From a virus, in the IMG/VR virus record IMGVR_UViG_3300047554_000338, positions 7,150-71,149 of that record: a DNA stretch of 64,000 nt. One strand, 5' to 3'. This document shows positions 24,799 through 34,055 of the stretch, piece by piece; positions within the stretch are counted from its first letter, which is position 1; every line of letters starts with the position of its first letter. The notes under the pieces are model-generated. The model was not told the DNA's origin, did no database searches, and saw only the letters and a list, made by a program, of their open reading frames with translations. The translations under genes were made by a program, and so were the position numbers.

Positions 24799-25836
24799 TC
24801 AGAACTCCAGCATGCCTAGTGTCTCGTCAAGTGCTGGCTTGCCTACACCAGCGCCACCCCCGCCCTGCGTGGCCATCCAGGCCTCATACGCCTTCAACTC
24901 GTCGGGCGACAGCAGCTCGGGGTAGTCAAACGTCATCGAAGTTGCGCCGGTGTCTTGATCAAGCGCGGGGCCGCTGGACTCCAAAGTGACTGAAGCCACC
25001 TTAGGCTTTGTCAGTGCCGTGATCTGGTCAGCAGTCAGACCAGACGCAGAGGTGAGCGAACTTGTACCGCTGTCTACGCCGGCAGCTGAGTTGTCAATCG
25101 ATCCTGAGCCACCCATGGCTGCCACGATGGCGTCGCGCAAATCACCGGTTCCGCCTGTGGAACCAGTTCCCTCTGTGGTTACACCAGTGCCCGTAGTGCC
25201 CGTGCCGCCATTGCCGCCAGTGCTAGTGCCACCGGTTCCAGCGGTTCCAGTACCACCAGTACCGGTGCCATCCGTGCCACCTGTGCCACCTGTGCCGTTA
25301 CCATCCGTACCGCCATTACCGTTGTCAGTAATGACAGTGCCAACAGGCACAATTGGATCCTCTAAGTCGTCATCGTCAGTAATGACAGTGCCAACGGGAA
25401 CATATGGATCATCCAAAACGACGCCATCGTCAAGAATAATGTCGTCGTCAATGATTTCGTCGTCTTCCTCGTCATCAATGATTCGCGGCCCCAAGACGAT
25501 AGGCTCAACAATGCGCGGCGGCCGCGTCTGCGTCTCAGCACCTGGCAGTATCACGTCGCGATTGGTGCGAGACATCGTCAATCTCGCAGGATTGAACAAG
25601 CTACGACGCACCGTGCGAGCGGTGGCAGATTCATGGCTAGGTGGGTTCGCGTATTGCGTCACACCGGCGTTATCTGTACCGCTGGCGCGCAACGCGTTGA
25701 TCAAGGAGCTCGGCGCCAAGCGCGAGTTAGTTGATGGACGTTGCTGGAGATACTTGCCACCGGCAAATAGGTCAGGTGACCCCGCAATGAGTTGCAACGT
25801 CTCGTCTGGTAAACCGTATTCGTTTTTTCGTGCCAT
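24799..25836 (-). CDS. Low-complexity (Asp-rich + Gly/Thr-rich) hypothetical protein
   Basis: Start at TAATG overlap (MARKNEYGLPDETL); ends homologous to 59418..60740. Confidence 0.7.
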   Translation of the reverse strand: MARKNEYGLPDETLQLIAGSPDLFAGGKYLQQRPSTNSRLAPSSLINALRASGTDNAGVTQYANPPSHESATARTVRRSLFNPARLTMSRTNRDVILPGAETQTRPPRIVEPIVLGPRIIDDEEDDEIIDDDIILDDGVVLDDPYVPVGTVITDDDDLEDPIVPVGTVITDNGNGGTDGNGTGGTGGTDGTGTGGTGTAGTGGTSTGGNGGTGTTGTGVTTEGTGSTGGTGDLRDAIVAAMGGSGSIDNSAAGVDSGTSSLTSASGLTADQITALTKPKVASVTLESSGPALDQDTGATSMTFDYPELLSPDELKAYEAWMATQGGGGAGVGKPALDETLGMLEF

Positions 25837-27431
25837 TACATTACCCCGCCTAATTCGGTCATCACGTTGCAAGACGTGAAGGTTGTTGCTGGCAAACCGC
25901 GCACCTTCATGCGCAGTGAGCCGTAATATCCAAGACCAGTCGTGCCGGCCCAACCCTGGTAAGTGTTTGTGCCTACCCAAGTTGATGTGTTCCAGATGCC
26001 TTCATCCCAGACAGCACCGCTGTCCTTGGTAAAGAATGGCGAGCCGCCCACAGGGCTAAGCTGAAACTGCGTGTTGATCTGTAATTTGATTGCAGGCGCG
26101 GCCAGGGCAATAAACGTCGGACGCACCATGCCAAACTTCTTGAGCTGGGCTGGCGTGTTGAATGCCTGGAAGGACGTTTGCACGTCTCCCTCGACGTAGT
26201 TGCCGCCGTCGCCATTGGCGTCCGCGCCGTCCTTGTCGCCGGTCAGGCCTTCGCAAACAAAGCCGTCAGTCGTGCCAAACAAGAGGCGGCCACCAATGAT
26301 GCCGGCGCATCGCATTGGGATGCCAATAAATTGACACCAAGCGCCAGTGATCACGTTCATCGCGAACTGACGGTAAGTGCCACCGTCGGCAGGCAACTTG
26401 ATCACCATCACGTCGGATGACGGCACGACAAAAACGTCGAAATACTTTTCATTGAGCAGCTTGCGCACCAAAGGCGCAAAGACTGACTGGATCTTGGACG
26501 CGGGGCCGATCTGTTGGTCTTCGGTGTACTGGCCATTGATCAGCTTCGACATGGGCACTAGACCCAGCTCGCTGACGATCATCACGTCACCGCCAAATGG
26601 TGTGAAGTAGGTGCCGTGCTTAGGCACGGGACCGACGTACCAAACGCCCTTGAGACTGAACGTATCGGGGCTGGTGGGGTCAGTGCCCTGCCACACGCCA
26701 ATGTCGCCCTCAGTGCCAACGACGATCAGGAAGTCATCGATCGAGAAGCCGGCATCCATCGTCCAGTTGATAAGCGCGGAGGCATAGCCACCACTGCGCA
26801 GGATTGAGCCCATCGCGAAGGATGTGCAGCTACCGGTCACCACATCAACGCTGTCCAAGTAGTAGACGTTGGAGTCGCCTTCGGCAGTAAACCAAACGCG
26901 TTGCTTCCACACAGCCACGGTGCGGACGTTGGCAGGCAGGCCGGTAGTCGTCGCCGTGCGATCGACCCAGCCAGTGCCCGTGCTGTAAGTCCAGTACCCG
27001 GCGCCAGGCGAAACGGCCAACAGGAAGGTGTCGGCAGGCGTGGAGAACTGCGTGGTCCACCACTCGTCAGCATCACTGCCCGTGCCTGTTACAGCAAGCA
27101 CGGGGGCGCCGGGGTCAGTTACGTCATAGATGTTGCCGTCGGCCGCAATGAAGCGCTTGTCGTCCGCGTTGACGGGCGCCTTGTAGCCAAACACCGACTC
27201 AACGGGGGTTTCCAGGGACGTGGTGTAAGAGAACCAGCCCTTGCGCAGCTCCACGCCCTGCTGACGTGGGATGAAGTTGGTCAGCGCCAGCGCGTCGAGT
27301 GGCGACATGGCCGCGATCGGGTCGCGGTAGTTCAGGCCACCAGTGGGCGCAGGGATAACCTGCACTTGCGCAACTTGTGCGGCGGCAGCCCTTCTAGGGG
27401 CTTTGAAGGGGGCGAGTGGAACCAGCGGCAT
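25836..27431 (-). CDS. Tail nozzle / packaged-DNA stabilisation protein (P22 gp10/T7 gp12-like position)
   Basis: PAPTGGLN.RD N-terminus, beta-rich, ~530 aa, follows adaptor. Confidence 0.65.
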   Translation of the reverse strand: MPLVPLAPFKAPRRAAAAQVAQVQVIPAPTGGLNYRDPIAAMSPLDALALTNFIPRQQGVELRKGWFSYTTSLETPVESVFGYKAPVNADDKRFIAADGNIYDVTDPGAPVLAVTGTGSDADEWWTTQFSTPADTFLLAVSPGAGYWTYSTGTGWVDRTATTTGLPANVRTVAVWKQRVWFTAEGDSNVYYLDSVDVVTGSCTSFAMGSILRSGGYASALINWTMDAGFSIDDFLIVVGTEGDIGVWQGTDPTSPDTFSLKGVWYVGPVPKHGTYFTPFGGDVMIVSELGLVPMSKLINGQYTEDQQIGPASKIQSVFAPLVRKLLNEKYFDVFVVPSSDVMVIKLPADGGTYRQFAMNVITGAWCQFIGIPMRCAGIIGGRLLFGTTDGFVCEGLTGDKDGADANGDGGNYVEGDVQTSFQAFNTPAQLKKFGMVRPTFIALAAPAIKLQINTQFQLSPVGGSPFFTKDSGAVWDEGIWNTSTWVGTNTYQGWAGTTGLGYYGSLRMKVRGLPATTFTSCNVMTELGGVM

Positions 27432-27433
27432 GG

Positions 27434-28189
27434 TCAGAATCCATAGTTGGTATCTGGCGTATTGACCAGGGGCTGGATGTATGGGAAGCGGAAGTCACGC
27501 GCCATGCTAAGCACGGGCGCGCCCTTGGCTGAGCCCTTACGGTTCTCAAATGCGATCTGGAAGTCACGCATTGCCGCAGACGTGTCCAGACCCTTCATCT
27601 CGAGCCACTTCACGCGGGTGTATAGCGTGATCAACGTGGCATCAAGCAAAGCCTTGTCACCGTTCTTGGTGATGCGGTTCTTGTAGAGCGTCGGGTCATC
27701 CTGATCCTGCACCCAAGCCTGAGACATGTAAAACACGTTCATGATCTGGGGCGAATTGGGAGGAGCCAAGACGTAGATCTTGTTGTCGCGCACCTGCCAG
27801 TAAAACGACAAAGTGGGCAACGTCGTGCGAATCAGCAACTGTTGCCACATCTGTGGCGACACAGGGCCGAGCGACGGGAACTGCGTTGTCGCGTTCCAGT
27901 TGGTTTGATCAATCCAATCAAAGAAGTCCTCAGGTAGAGGAAAACTGCGCTCGCGCTGGTTGGGGATCAGCGGATCGGATTGAATCGGGATCTGGTAATT
28001 CTTGACGAGCTCTTGCCAGTCGTACATGGTCAAGAGCTCAATGCCAGCCATGTTTGCGGCCTGCACAAACTGCTGCACCGTCGGATCAGGATCACCGGCG
28101 GGGTCGTTAGGGACGGGGAAGGCCACCATCGAGGCCACGTTTTGCACGATGGCCGAGAGGGTCGATTCGTTAACGATTTGATAGGCCAT
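27434..28189 (-). CDS. Head-tail adaptor protein
   Basis: YDWQEL...LPEDF motif; synteny. Confidence 0.6.
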   Translation of the reverse strand: MAYQIVNESTLSAIVQNVASMVAFPVPNDPAGDPDPTVQQFVQAANMAGIELLTMYDWQELVKNYQIPIQSDPLIPNQRERSFPLPEDFFDWIDQTNWNATTQFPSLGPVSPQMWQQLLIRTTLPTLSFYWQVRDNKIYVLAPPNSPQIMNVFYMSQAWVQDQDDPTLYKNRITKNGDKALLDATLITLYTRVKWLEMKGLDTSAAMRDFQIAFENRKGSAKGAPVLSMARDFRFPYIQPLVNTPDTNYGF

Positions 28190-28201
28190 CCCCTACTCCT
28201 A

Positions 28202-28816
28202 TTACTCTGCCGTCTCAGCCGTGGCCGCTACAGCGCGTTTGGCGCCCTTGGCATTCGCCTGCAGTGCTGTGACCATCGAACGCAGCTCTTCGAGCTCTGC
28301 GTCACGTTTGGCCAGCTCAGCGTTCATCTTCTCGATCGGGGCGTTGTTGGCCGCGACCTCCATGAATGCCTTGGCGCGTTGCTTGTCTTGCTGGAACGAC
28401 ATGAACTTGCCGCCCAGGTTGTCGTTCGCGTCCGCGAGCTGCTCCACCGTGATGATCTTGAAGAACTTGTATTCTTCGACCTTCGATGGGTTCATGCCTG
28501 GCAGAGCGTTCAATGGAGTACCGGACACAGCTTCTTCCTGGCCAGCCTTCCACTTGTTGTATCGGTCCTGAAAGCGGAAAACGTCCTGCTGACTCAGAGG
28601 ACGCTCGATCACCGAGGACTTGTCGCCCGGCACATGAATGCGGACGTAATCGACTTCTTCGTACACGGCGCGGCCAGCTTCACGGCTCTTGCCGGGTTGC
28701 ATGACAGGCTTGCGGAAAAACTCGATGTAGAGCTTGTTATCGGCGGCAAAGCGGGTCTCATCCGGTTTGGAGAAGTCGCTTGGCTCGTCGAAGATGGTTG
28801 GTGTCGTGGGTTGCAT
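28202..28816 (-). CDS. Hypothetical protein (C-terminal coiled coil, TVEQLA motif)
   Basis: Near-identical to 63101..63715. Confidence 0.7.
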   Translation of the reverse strand: MQPTTPTIFDEPSDFSKPDETRFAADNKLYIEFFRKPVMQPGKSREAGRAVYEEVDYVRIHVPGDKSSVIERPLSQQDVFRFQDRYNKWKAGQEEAVSGTPLNALPGMNPSKVEEYKFFKIITVEQLADANDNLGGKFMSFQQDKQRAKAFMEVAANNAPIEKMNAELAKRDAELEELRSMVTALQANAKGAKRAVAATAETAE

Positions 28817-28837
28817 CTCTGACCTTTTTTTTGATTT

Positions 28838-29023
28838 TTAAGTGTTGGTATCGATCACCAGATCAGTACCAGGGGAGCCACCGATGCGTGAACCACCGAT
28901 GGATGCACCGTCAACGCCTGTCAGGCCAATGCCTTCACAGACGGCTCCAGTGTCTTGGGATGCAGCCGTGTCTACGACTGCGGGAGCGTTTGCGGAAACT
29001 GCGCCGCTAAATGTTGCTGCCAT
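28838..29023 (-). CDS. Small hypothetical protein (possible capsid accessory)
   Basis: AAGGA RBS; conserved at 63737..63922. Confidence 0.6.
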   Translation of the reverse strand: MAATFSGAVSANAPAVVDTAASQDTGAVCEGIGLTGVDGASIGGSRIGGSPGTDLVIDTNT

Positions 29024-29040
29024 GATTTATTCCTTCCGTT

Positions 29041-29097
29041 AAAAAACCCGAGGGGTTGTGGGTCTCCCCAGTCCCTCGGGAAAGGGAGACCCACGAC
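29041..29097 (-). terminator. Terminator with overlapping antiterminator helix after capsid gene
   Basis: CCCGAGGG...CCCTCGGG-T6 versus GTCGTGGGTCTCCC/GGGAGACCCACAAC; identical at 63940..63996. Confidence 0.7.
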
Positions 29098-29109
29098 GGC
29101 CCACCAAAA

Positions 29110-30081
29110 TTAGTTTTGGATACGACCCTGGAACTGAGCACCAGAGGTGGTCAGGTTGCCGGCCCAAGCCAAGATCTGAACTTCAGCGTCCTGGTTGATG
29201 GCATAGCGACGGTTGGGGCTCAAAGGAACCATGTTGCGGTCCTTGTGAGGGCGCCACTTGATGTACTTGCTGTTGAGCATGAAGCCGGTGTTGGCAGGGC
29301 AATAGCCGCCAATACCGCCGTCCAGAACAACGTCAGCATCCATGAACTTCAATGTGGGGAAGCCCAAATTGCCAGTCTCAGGAGATGTGAAACGCTGCTG
29401 GGCTTGCAAGCTGCCCATGTAGTAAGACCAGTAGTTGTTGTCCAACACGACCAAGTCAGGACGGTCAGTGCCGCGGACCAACTGAGCCCAGAGTGCATTC
29501 AACGCAGCCTGCATAGTGGTTGCGCTGGGTGTCACGCTTTGAGCGCTAAAGTCGTACAGCTTGGAACGCCAGAAGGTCCAAGTTGCGCGGTTGATGCCAC
29601 CGTAAGTGCCAGTTGTGGGGTCAGCAGGCACAGCGGCGTTCAAGCCGGTGACTTCTTTACCGCCAGAGCCAGTGCCGTCAGAGTAGATGGACTGGGCCAA
29701 CTGGTTGACCATGGTGGACTCAGCCACGTTCAAGCGAGCTTCGAGCAAGTCGATGAACTGCTCTTTGCCGCTGTTTTGCAACATCTCGAGGCCAGACATC
29801 ACGACGGGCACTGCGTACTGCTTGATTTGGAATTCAGCAGCAGAGATGACGTCTTGAGCAGCCACAGGCAGCAAGTCGTAACCTGAGTAGAAACCGCCGT
29901 TCGCGTTTTCAGCGAATGAGAGTTCTTCAAAGATTGTGTTACCACCAGAGATGGTTTTGACGTTGCCGCGCTGGTTCAAGCGGGACAACAGGGCGTTGTT
30001 TTTAGTAACGTTGTCAGCGATCTGACGTGTGCGTGACTGGATCGTCGTTGCGACGATGTCACTTACATTTGGAAAAGACAT
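29110..30081 (-). CDS. Major capsid protein
   Basis: DIVATTIQSR...IADNV..NNALL family motif; strong AAGGAG RBS; follows scaffold-like gene. Confidence 0.85.
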   Translation of the reverse strand: MSFPNVSDIVATTIQSRTRQIADNVTKNNALLSRLNQRGNVKTISGGNTIFEELSFAENANGGFYSGYDLLPVAAQDVISAAEFQIKQYAVPVVMSGLEMLQNSGKEQFIDLLEARLNVAESTMVNQLAQSIYSDGTGSGGKEVTGLNAAVPADPTTGTYGGINRATWTFWRSKLYDFSAQSVTPSATTMQAALNALWAQLVRGTDRPDLVVLDNNYWSYYMGSLQAQQRFTSPETGNLGFPTLKFMDADVVLDGGIGGYCPANTGFMLNSKYIKWRPHKDRNMVPLSPNRRYAINQDAEVQILAWAGNLTTSGAQFQGRIQN

Positions 30082-30263
30082 GATGACTCCTTCATCTGAG
30101 TTAAAACGAGCTTGCGCTCACCTTTTTCAGATGCGCCTACGCGAACCTTTCACAGTCCGACTTCGTCGTAGGTGGGACGCGAGGCGTCTCCTAGGATCAT
30201 GCGGTGGCTGGGGTGCTTGGGCACACCAGTCGAGATTTCTCTCGACATGGTGTGATTATGGCA

Positions 30264-31403
30264 TCAGCGTGAGGTCATCGTAATGGCTGCCTCGATCGCA
30301 GAGCGCACGTCGGTGCTCTCTTGCCTCAAGGCGCCCATAGGCGCGGAGCCGGAAACCTGCACGGCAGCCGACCTGGCCTTCTGAGCGGCGCTGGTTTTTT
30401 GTTGAGCTCCGCGTGCTTTGGCGCGTTGGGAGATCACAGAGCGCACGTTGTCGTTCATCAGGCAGGCTTTTTTGTAAGCGTCGTGCAAGGTGATGCTCTG
30501 GCCGCGGCGTTGCGCTGCCTCGATGATGTCGGCCATGTCTTCGCGGACGTCCTCACCAAATTCGGCGCGTTCCAGGAACGTTGACACCTCGGACTGCGCG
30601 GCCTGGGTGGCCTGCTGCTGCTGTTGGAGCTGCGCCTGCTGGAACTGCGTGAGCATGTTTTGCATCGGCGCCAGGCGCTGGTTAAGCACCTGCTCGATGG
30701 CCAGCTGCTGTGGGTCCTGGCGCGGTGTTTGGCCAGCCAGGGCGCTGTCGAGCATCTCGATGAAGCCATTGCCAAAGCGGCCAGTGCCAAACTGGTTGAC
30801 GATGCCGGCCACCAGCTGCGCGAGCTCGGGCGCCGTGCCAGTACGCAGACGCGCAGCCGTGCCCATAAGGTTGTCGATCGCCTGCAAGGGGTTGCTGTTC
30901 TCAGCCTTGATGAACGCCTCATACGGGGCGATCGTCTTCATGACGGCCTCGGCTGTCTTGCGTGCCTCGGCGGTTTCTTGCAAGGTGCGTGCGACCTCGG
31001 TCTCGCGGCGCTGGATTTCAGCACGCACAGGCTCAGGTAGTGAGCCCCAGTGCTCGCGAATGTCTGGGCGCCAGGACGCAGGGGCCCTTTCGCCTTGCTG
31101 ACGTGGGCCTGACTTGGGTCCAGCCTGGACACCCTCTGGTTTTTTAAATTTTCCTTGCTCGTCGCGCTCGGGTTGTTGAACGAGCTCGTTATCAGCGGGC
31201 TTTTCTTCGGAAAGAGCGTTCAAATCCTGCGACGCGGCAGGGGCTGCTGCTGGCTCAGAGGATGCAGCTGCGACGGGCTCGCTTGAGCCGATCGGCTCCG
31301 AGGCCGATACCGGCTCAGAAGCTGGCGCTGTTTGTAGTGGCTCGTCTGCTTTCTCGAACGCGGCCTCAAGGGCATCGCGCATGGTTGTCGTGGGTTCTGA
31401 CAT
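30264..31403 (-). CDS. Scaffolding-like protein
   Basis: Disordered N-terminus, RDEQGKF, AP.SW, coiled coil; between portal and capsid. Confidence 0.65.
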   Translation of the reverse strand: MSEPTTTMRDALEAAFEKADEPLQTAPASEPVSASEPIGSSEPVAAASSEPAAAPAASQDLNALSEEKPADNELVQQPERDEQGKFKKPEGVQAGPKSGPRQQGERAPASWRPDIREHWGSLPEPVRAEIQRRETEVARTLQETAEARKTAEAVMKTIAPYEAFIKAENSNPLQAIDNLMGTAARLRTGTAPELAQLVAGIVNQFGTGRFGNGFIEMLDSALAGQTPRQDPQQLAIEQVLNQRLAPMQNMLTQFQQAQLQQQQQATQAAQSEVSTFLERAEFGEDVREDMADIIEAAQRRGQSITLHDAYKKACLMNDNVRSVISQRAKARGAQQKTSAAQKARSAAVQVSGSAPMGALRQESTDVRSAIEAAITMTSR

Positions 31404-31409
31404 GGGGTA

Positions 31410-31733
31410 TCACCTGTTTTGAAGTTTATGAATTGCGCGCTCTATGTCGGCACGCTTAAATGAGCCGCCTTCGGTCATGTACCGCTCGCGGCTTTCTTTG
31501 GCTTTCGCCCAAGAATTCGTGAAATCGTCCATCGTGGTCAGGCCCTTGGCCTTCATGTACTCACGATGCTTTGTGCGCGAGGAGATGTCAGTGCCGTCTG
31601 GCGCCTTCATGCCCGCGTAGCTGCTGTCGCCCCACAGGGCGCCAGAGTCGGTGCGCAGTTCGGGTTGATAGTCGTCGGTGATCTCAATCAGCTCACCCGT
31701 TTTTCTGTCTTGAATCCAGCGGCGTCTGGTCAT
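31410..31733 (-). CDS. Hypothetical protein
   Basis: DGTDISSR..HREYMK motif typical of genes after the portal. Confidence 0.6.
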   Translation of the reverse strand: MTRRRWIQDRKTGELIEITDDYQPELRTDSGALWGDSSYAGMKAPDGTDISSRTKHREYMKAKGLTTMDDFTNSWAKAKESRERYMTEGGSFKRADIERAIHKLQNR

Positions 31734-31740
31734 TCGTTCC

Positions 31741-32106
31741 TCACTTGAGCATTCGAAGTTTGTAAATCGTGGTCTGGTACAGCCCGACAATCTCGTCGAT
31801 CGCGTTCTGCAACGCAGTCTCGTCCTTGTCGCAGACGTCGTAGCGGTAGCGCTCGATCCACTCCATGTGCTCCTCGAGCTCGCCGGCGACGTCGTCGTCC
31901 AAGTCGCACGTCAGGATCTCGACCTTCATGCGCTTGCCGTAGTAGCCCTGGTACTGCTCGACAAACTCGTCCATGAGCTCGCCCAGGCCCTCGTAGAACG
32001 AGGCCAGCGCCATGTGTTTGGAGTAGCTGTCAGTCGCCCAGTGAGCCACATGGCCCAATGAGCGCGACTTGACCAGCAGCGACGCGAATTCGTTTGCTTT
32101 TTCCAT
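31741..32106 (-). CDS. Ferritin/Dps-like four-helix protein (DUF5856-like)
   Basis: H..HW...SY..H.AL..FY......D...E.YQG motif. Confidence 0.65.
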   Translation of the reverse strand: MEKANEFASLLVKSRSLGHVAHWATDSYSKHMALASFYEGLGELMDEFVEQYQGYYGKRMKVEILTCDLDDDVAGELEEHMEWIERYRYDVCDKDETALQNAIDEIVGLYQTTIYKLRMLK

Positions 32107-32114
32107 GTGTTACC

Positions 32115-34055
32115 TCACTGCATGGGACCGCCGACTTGCGGCATTTGGGGTGCTGCCGGTGGCAGTTGGGGCTGTGGCTGCAAGATGCCCATCGCACGCA
32201 GCTGGGCCTCCTTGGCAGTCGCTTCCATGTTGGTGTTCTTGGCCTTGGCCATGCGTTCTGCCGCACCGGCCTGCTTTTCGGCCACTTCGGCGTCTTGCAT
32301 GGGGTCTGGTTTTGGCTGGGGCATGCCCTGCTGCTTGAGAGCACCAATCGCCTGGTCCAAAACGCTCTCGATCTGGGTGCTGACGCGGAACTTACTCACG
32401 CTCCACTGGAGCAAGGACAACAAGACAGGCGCTGCCTGCGGTACGGCCTGGGCCATCGGCGCGACCTGGGAGATAAACGCGCCCAGGCCCTGCATAAACT
32501 GCACAGCGGCGTCACGCTCTGCAGCCCAGTCAAGCGCTGCCATCGAGTCGGCCTCGATGTTGATGCGGTACTCGTTCATTTCCTCGTCTTTGAGGAGCTG
32601 AACGGCGGCCATCGCAAGCGGTGCATCGGGCGTGCGCTCGATGTTGCTGCGCTTGATGATCGTCTCGGGCTGGAAGTGCTTGCAAATGATCTCGGCCTTG
32701 ATGCGCAAGGCCTGCGTGATCCAGTCAGCGATGTAGAACTGCTTGAGCTGGATACGCGTCGAGCCAAACTGAGCCTTGATCTGCTGGGCAGCCGCGGTCT
32801 CAGAGGCCTTTGAGCTGCCGCGCATGATGTCGGAGACACCCAGCACCTCGTAAATCTGCACAACCTTGTCCTGGCGGTACTGGCGCAAGTGATCGATGGC
32901 GTTGACGACCTGGTCGATCGGTATCCAGTCCACTTGGCCTTTGATTCCGCCCTTCTCAGCGAACATTGCCCAGTTGTCCACGGGGATCAGCTGGTTTTCA
33001 GTGCCTTGATTGAACACGCGCTGAATGCCCTCGGCGCTCTTGTCGTACACACCGACCACACGCGCTGCGCGAGTGAGCCAGGTGATGCGGGTGTTGATCT
33101 CGTCCAGCTCGTTGAACTGGTCCTGGGCAAAGATGTAGTCCGCCCGAGGCATGAAGTTGCTCGAGGTGACGTTGGCCACCAGGGGTTTCGGGCAGGGGAA
33201 GAATCCATCGAGGCCCAGCGGGTCGTCTTTGACGTCCAGGATGGTGTCGCAGCTCTTGGCGTACCAATAGACCTTGCGCTTTTCCTTGCACCAGATCTCG
33301 AAAACCTCGGCCTTGCTCCAGGGGTCATGCTTGGGTGACTGGTCGTTGACCTGATCCTTCTTGCTGTAGTTGCCCAGGGGCACTTGCGCAGCGATCACCT
33401 CGCCAAAGCGTTCGACCAGCTGGTCTTTGGTCATGAAAACGCGACGCGCAACCCAGCGCACCTCATGCCATGTGCGGGCGGGGGAGTAGAAAAAGTCCTC
33501 CCAGTAGATGTAGTCGCACGGCGCGTCTTCGTTGGTGATGCGCTCGGCCTCCTCGGCGGGGCTGAGTTCTTGGCCGTACTCATCAAAAACGGCAGGGATT
33601 TCGTAGGGCTCAGTCGTCACCTCGTAACGCAGCCAGATCTGGCCAGAGCCGACAACAAGCCAGTCCTCGATGCCCTGGCGCACAGCTGAGTCCCAGGCCG
33701 AGACGTTGTCGTCAAAGGCGCGGTTGAGCAAACGCTGCAGGATCGTGCCGGATACGCGGGCGACGTCGTCGTCATAGTCCTGGAAGGAACGCGCAACGTC
33801 AGCCTTCGGTGGCCGTGCGTAAAGCATGGACAGCAAGACCTGCATCGTTGACCAGAACAAATTGACCTTGCTCTCGTCTTTGGCATACGCGTCGCGCTTG
33901 TCCAGGTAGCGCTGCGTGATGCGGTTCGCGTCTTGGTGAAACTTCAGCAGCTCCTGCTGCGAGGCCTGAATCTCGGTCTGCCACTTCTGGGCCAGGCCGT
34001 TTGGCGTGTTTGCGAAGTCGCTTTCGCTCGTAATTGATGCGCTGTTACTCATCAT
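32115..34055 (-). CDS. Portal protein
   Basis: ~645 aa directly after terL; DIMRG....ETA.AQQIK.QFGS.R; Q/P-rich tail. Confidence 0.8.
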   Translation of the reverse strand: MMSNSASITSESDFANTPNGLAQKWQTEIQASQQELLKFHQDANRITQRYLDKRDAYAKDESKVNLFWSTMQVLLSMLYARPPKADVARSFQDYDDDVARVSGTILQRLLNRAFDDNVSAWDSAVRQGIEDWLVVGSGQIWLRYEVTTEPYEIPAVFDEYGQELSPAEEAERITNEDAPCDYIYWEDFFYSPARTWHEVRWVARRVFMTKDQLVERFGEVIAAQVPLGNYSKKDQVNDQSPKHDPWSKAEVFEIWCKEKRKVYWYAKSCDTILDVKDDPLGLDGFFPCPKPLVANVTSSNFMPRADYIFAQDQFNELDEINTRITWLTRAARVVGVYDKSAEGIQRVFNQGTENQLIPVDNWAMFAEKGGIKGQVDWIPIDQVVNAIDHLRQYRQDKVVQIYEVLGVSDIMRGSSKASETAAAQQIKAQFGSTRIQLKQFYIADWITQALRIKAEIICKHFQPETIIKRSNIERTPDAPLAMAAVQLLKDEEMNEYRINIEADSMAALDWAAERDAAVQFMQGLGAFISQVAPMAQAVPQAAPVLLSLLQWSVSKFRVSTQIESVLDQAIGALKQQGMPQPKPDPMQDAEVAEKQAGAAERMAKAKNTNMEATAKEAQLRAMGILQPQPQLPPAAPQMPQVGGPMQ

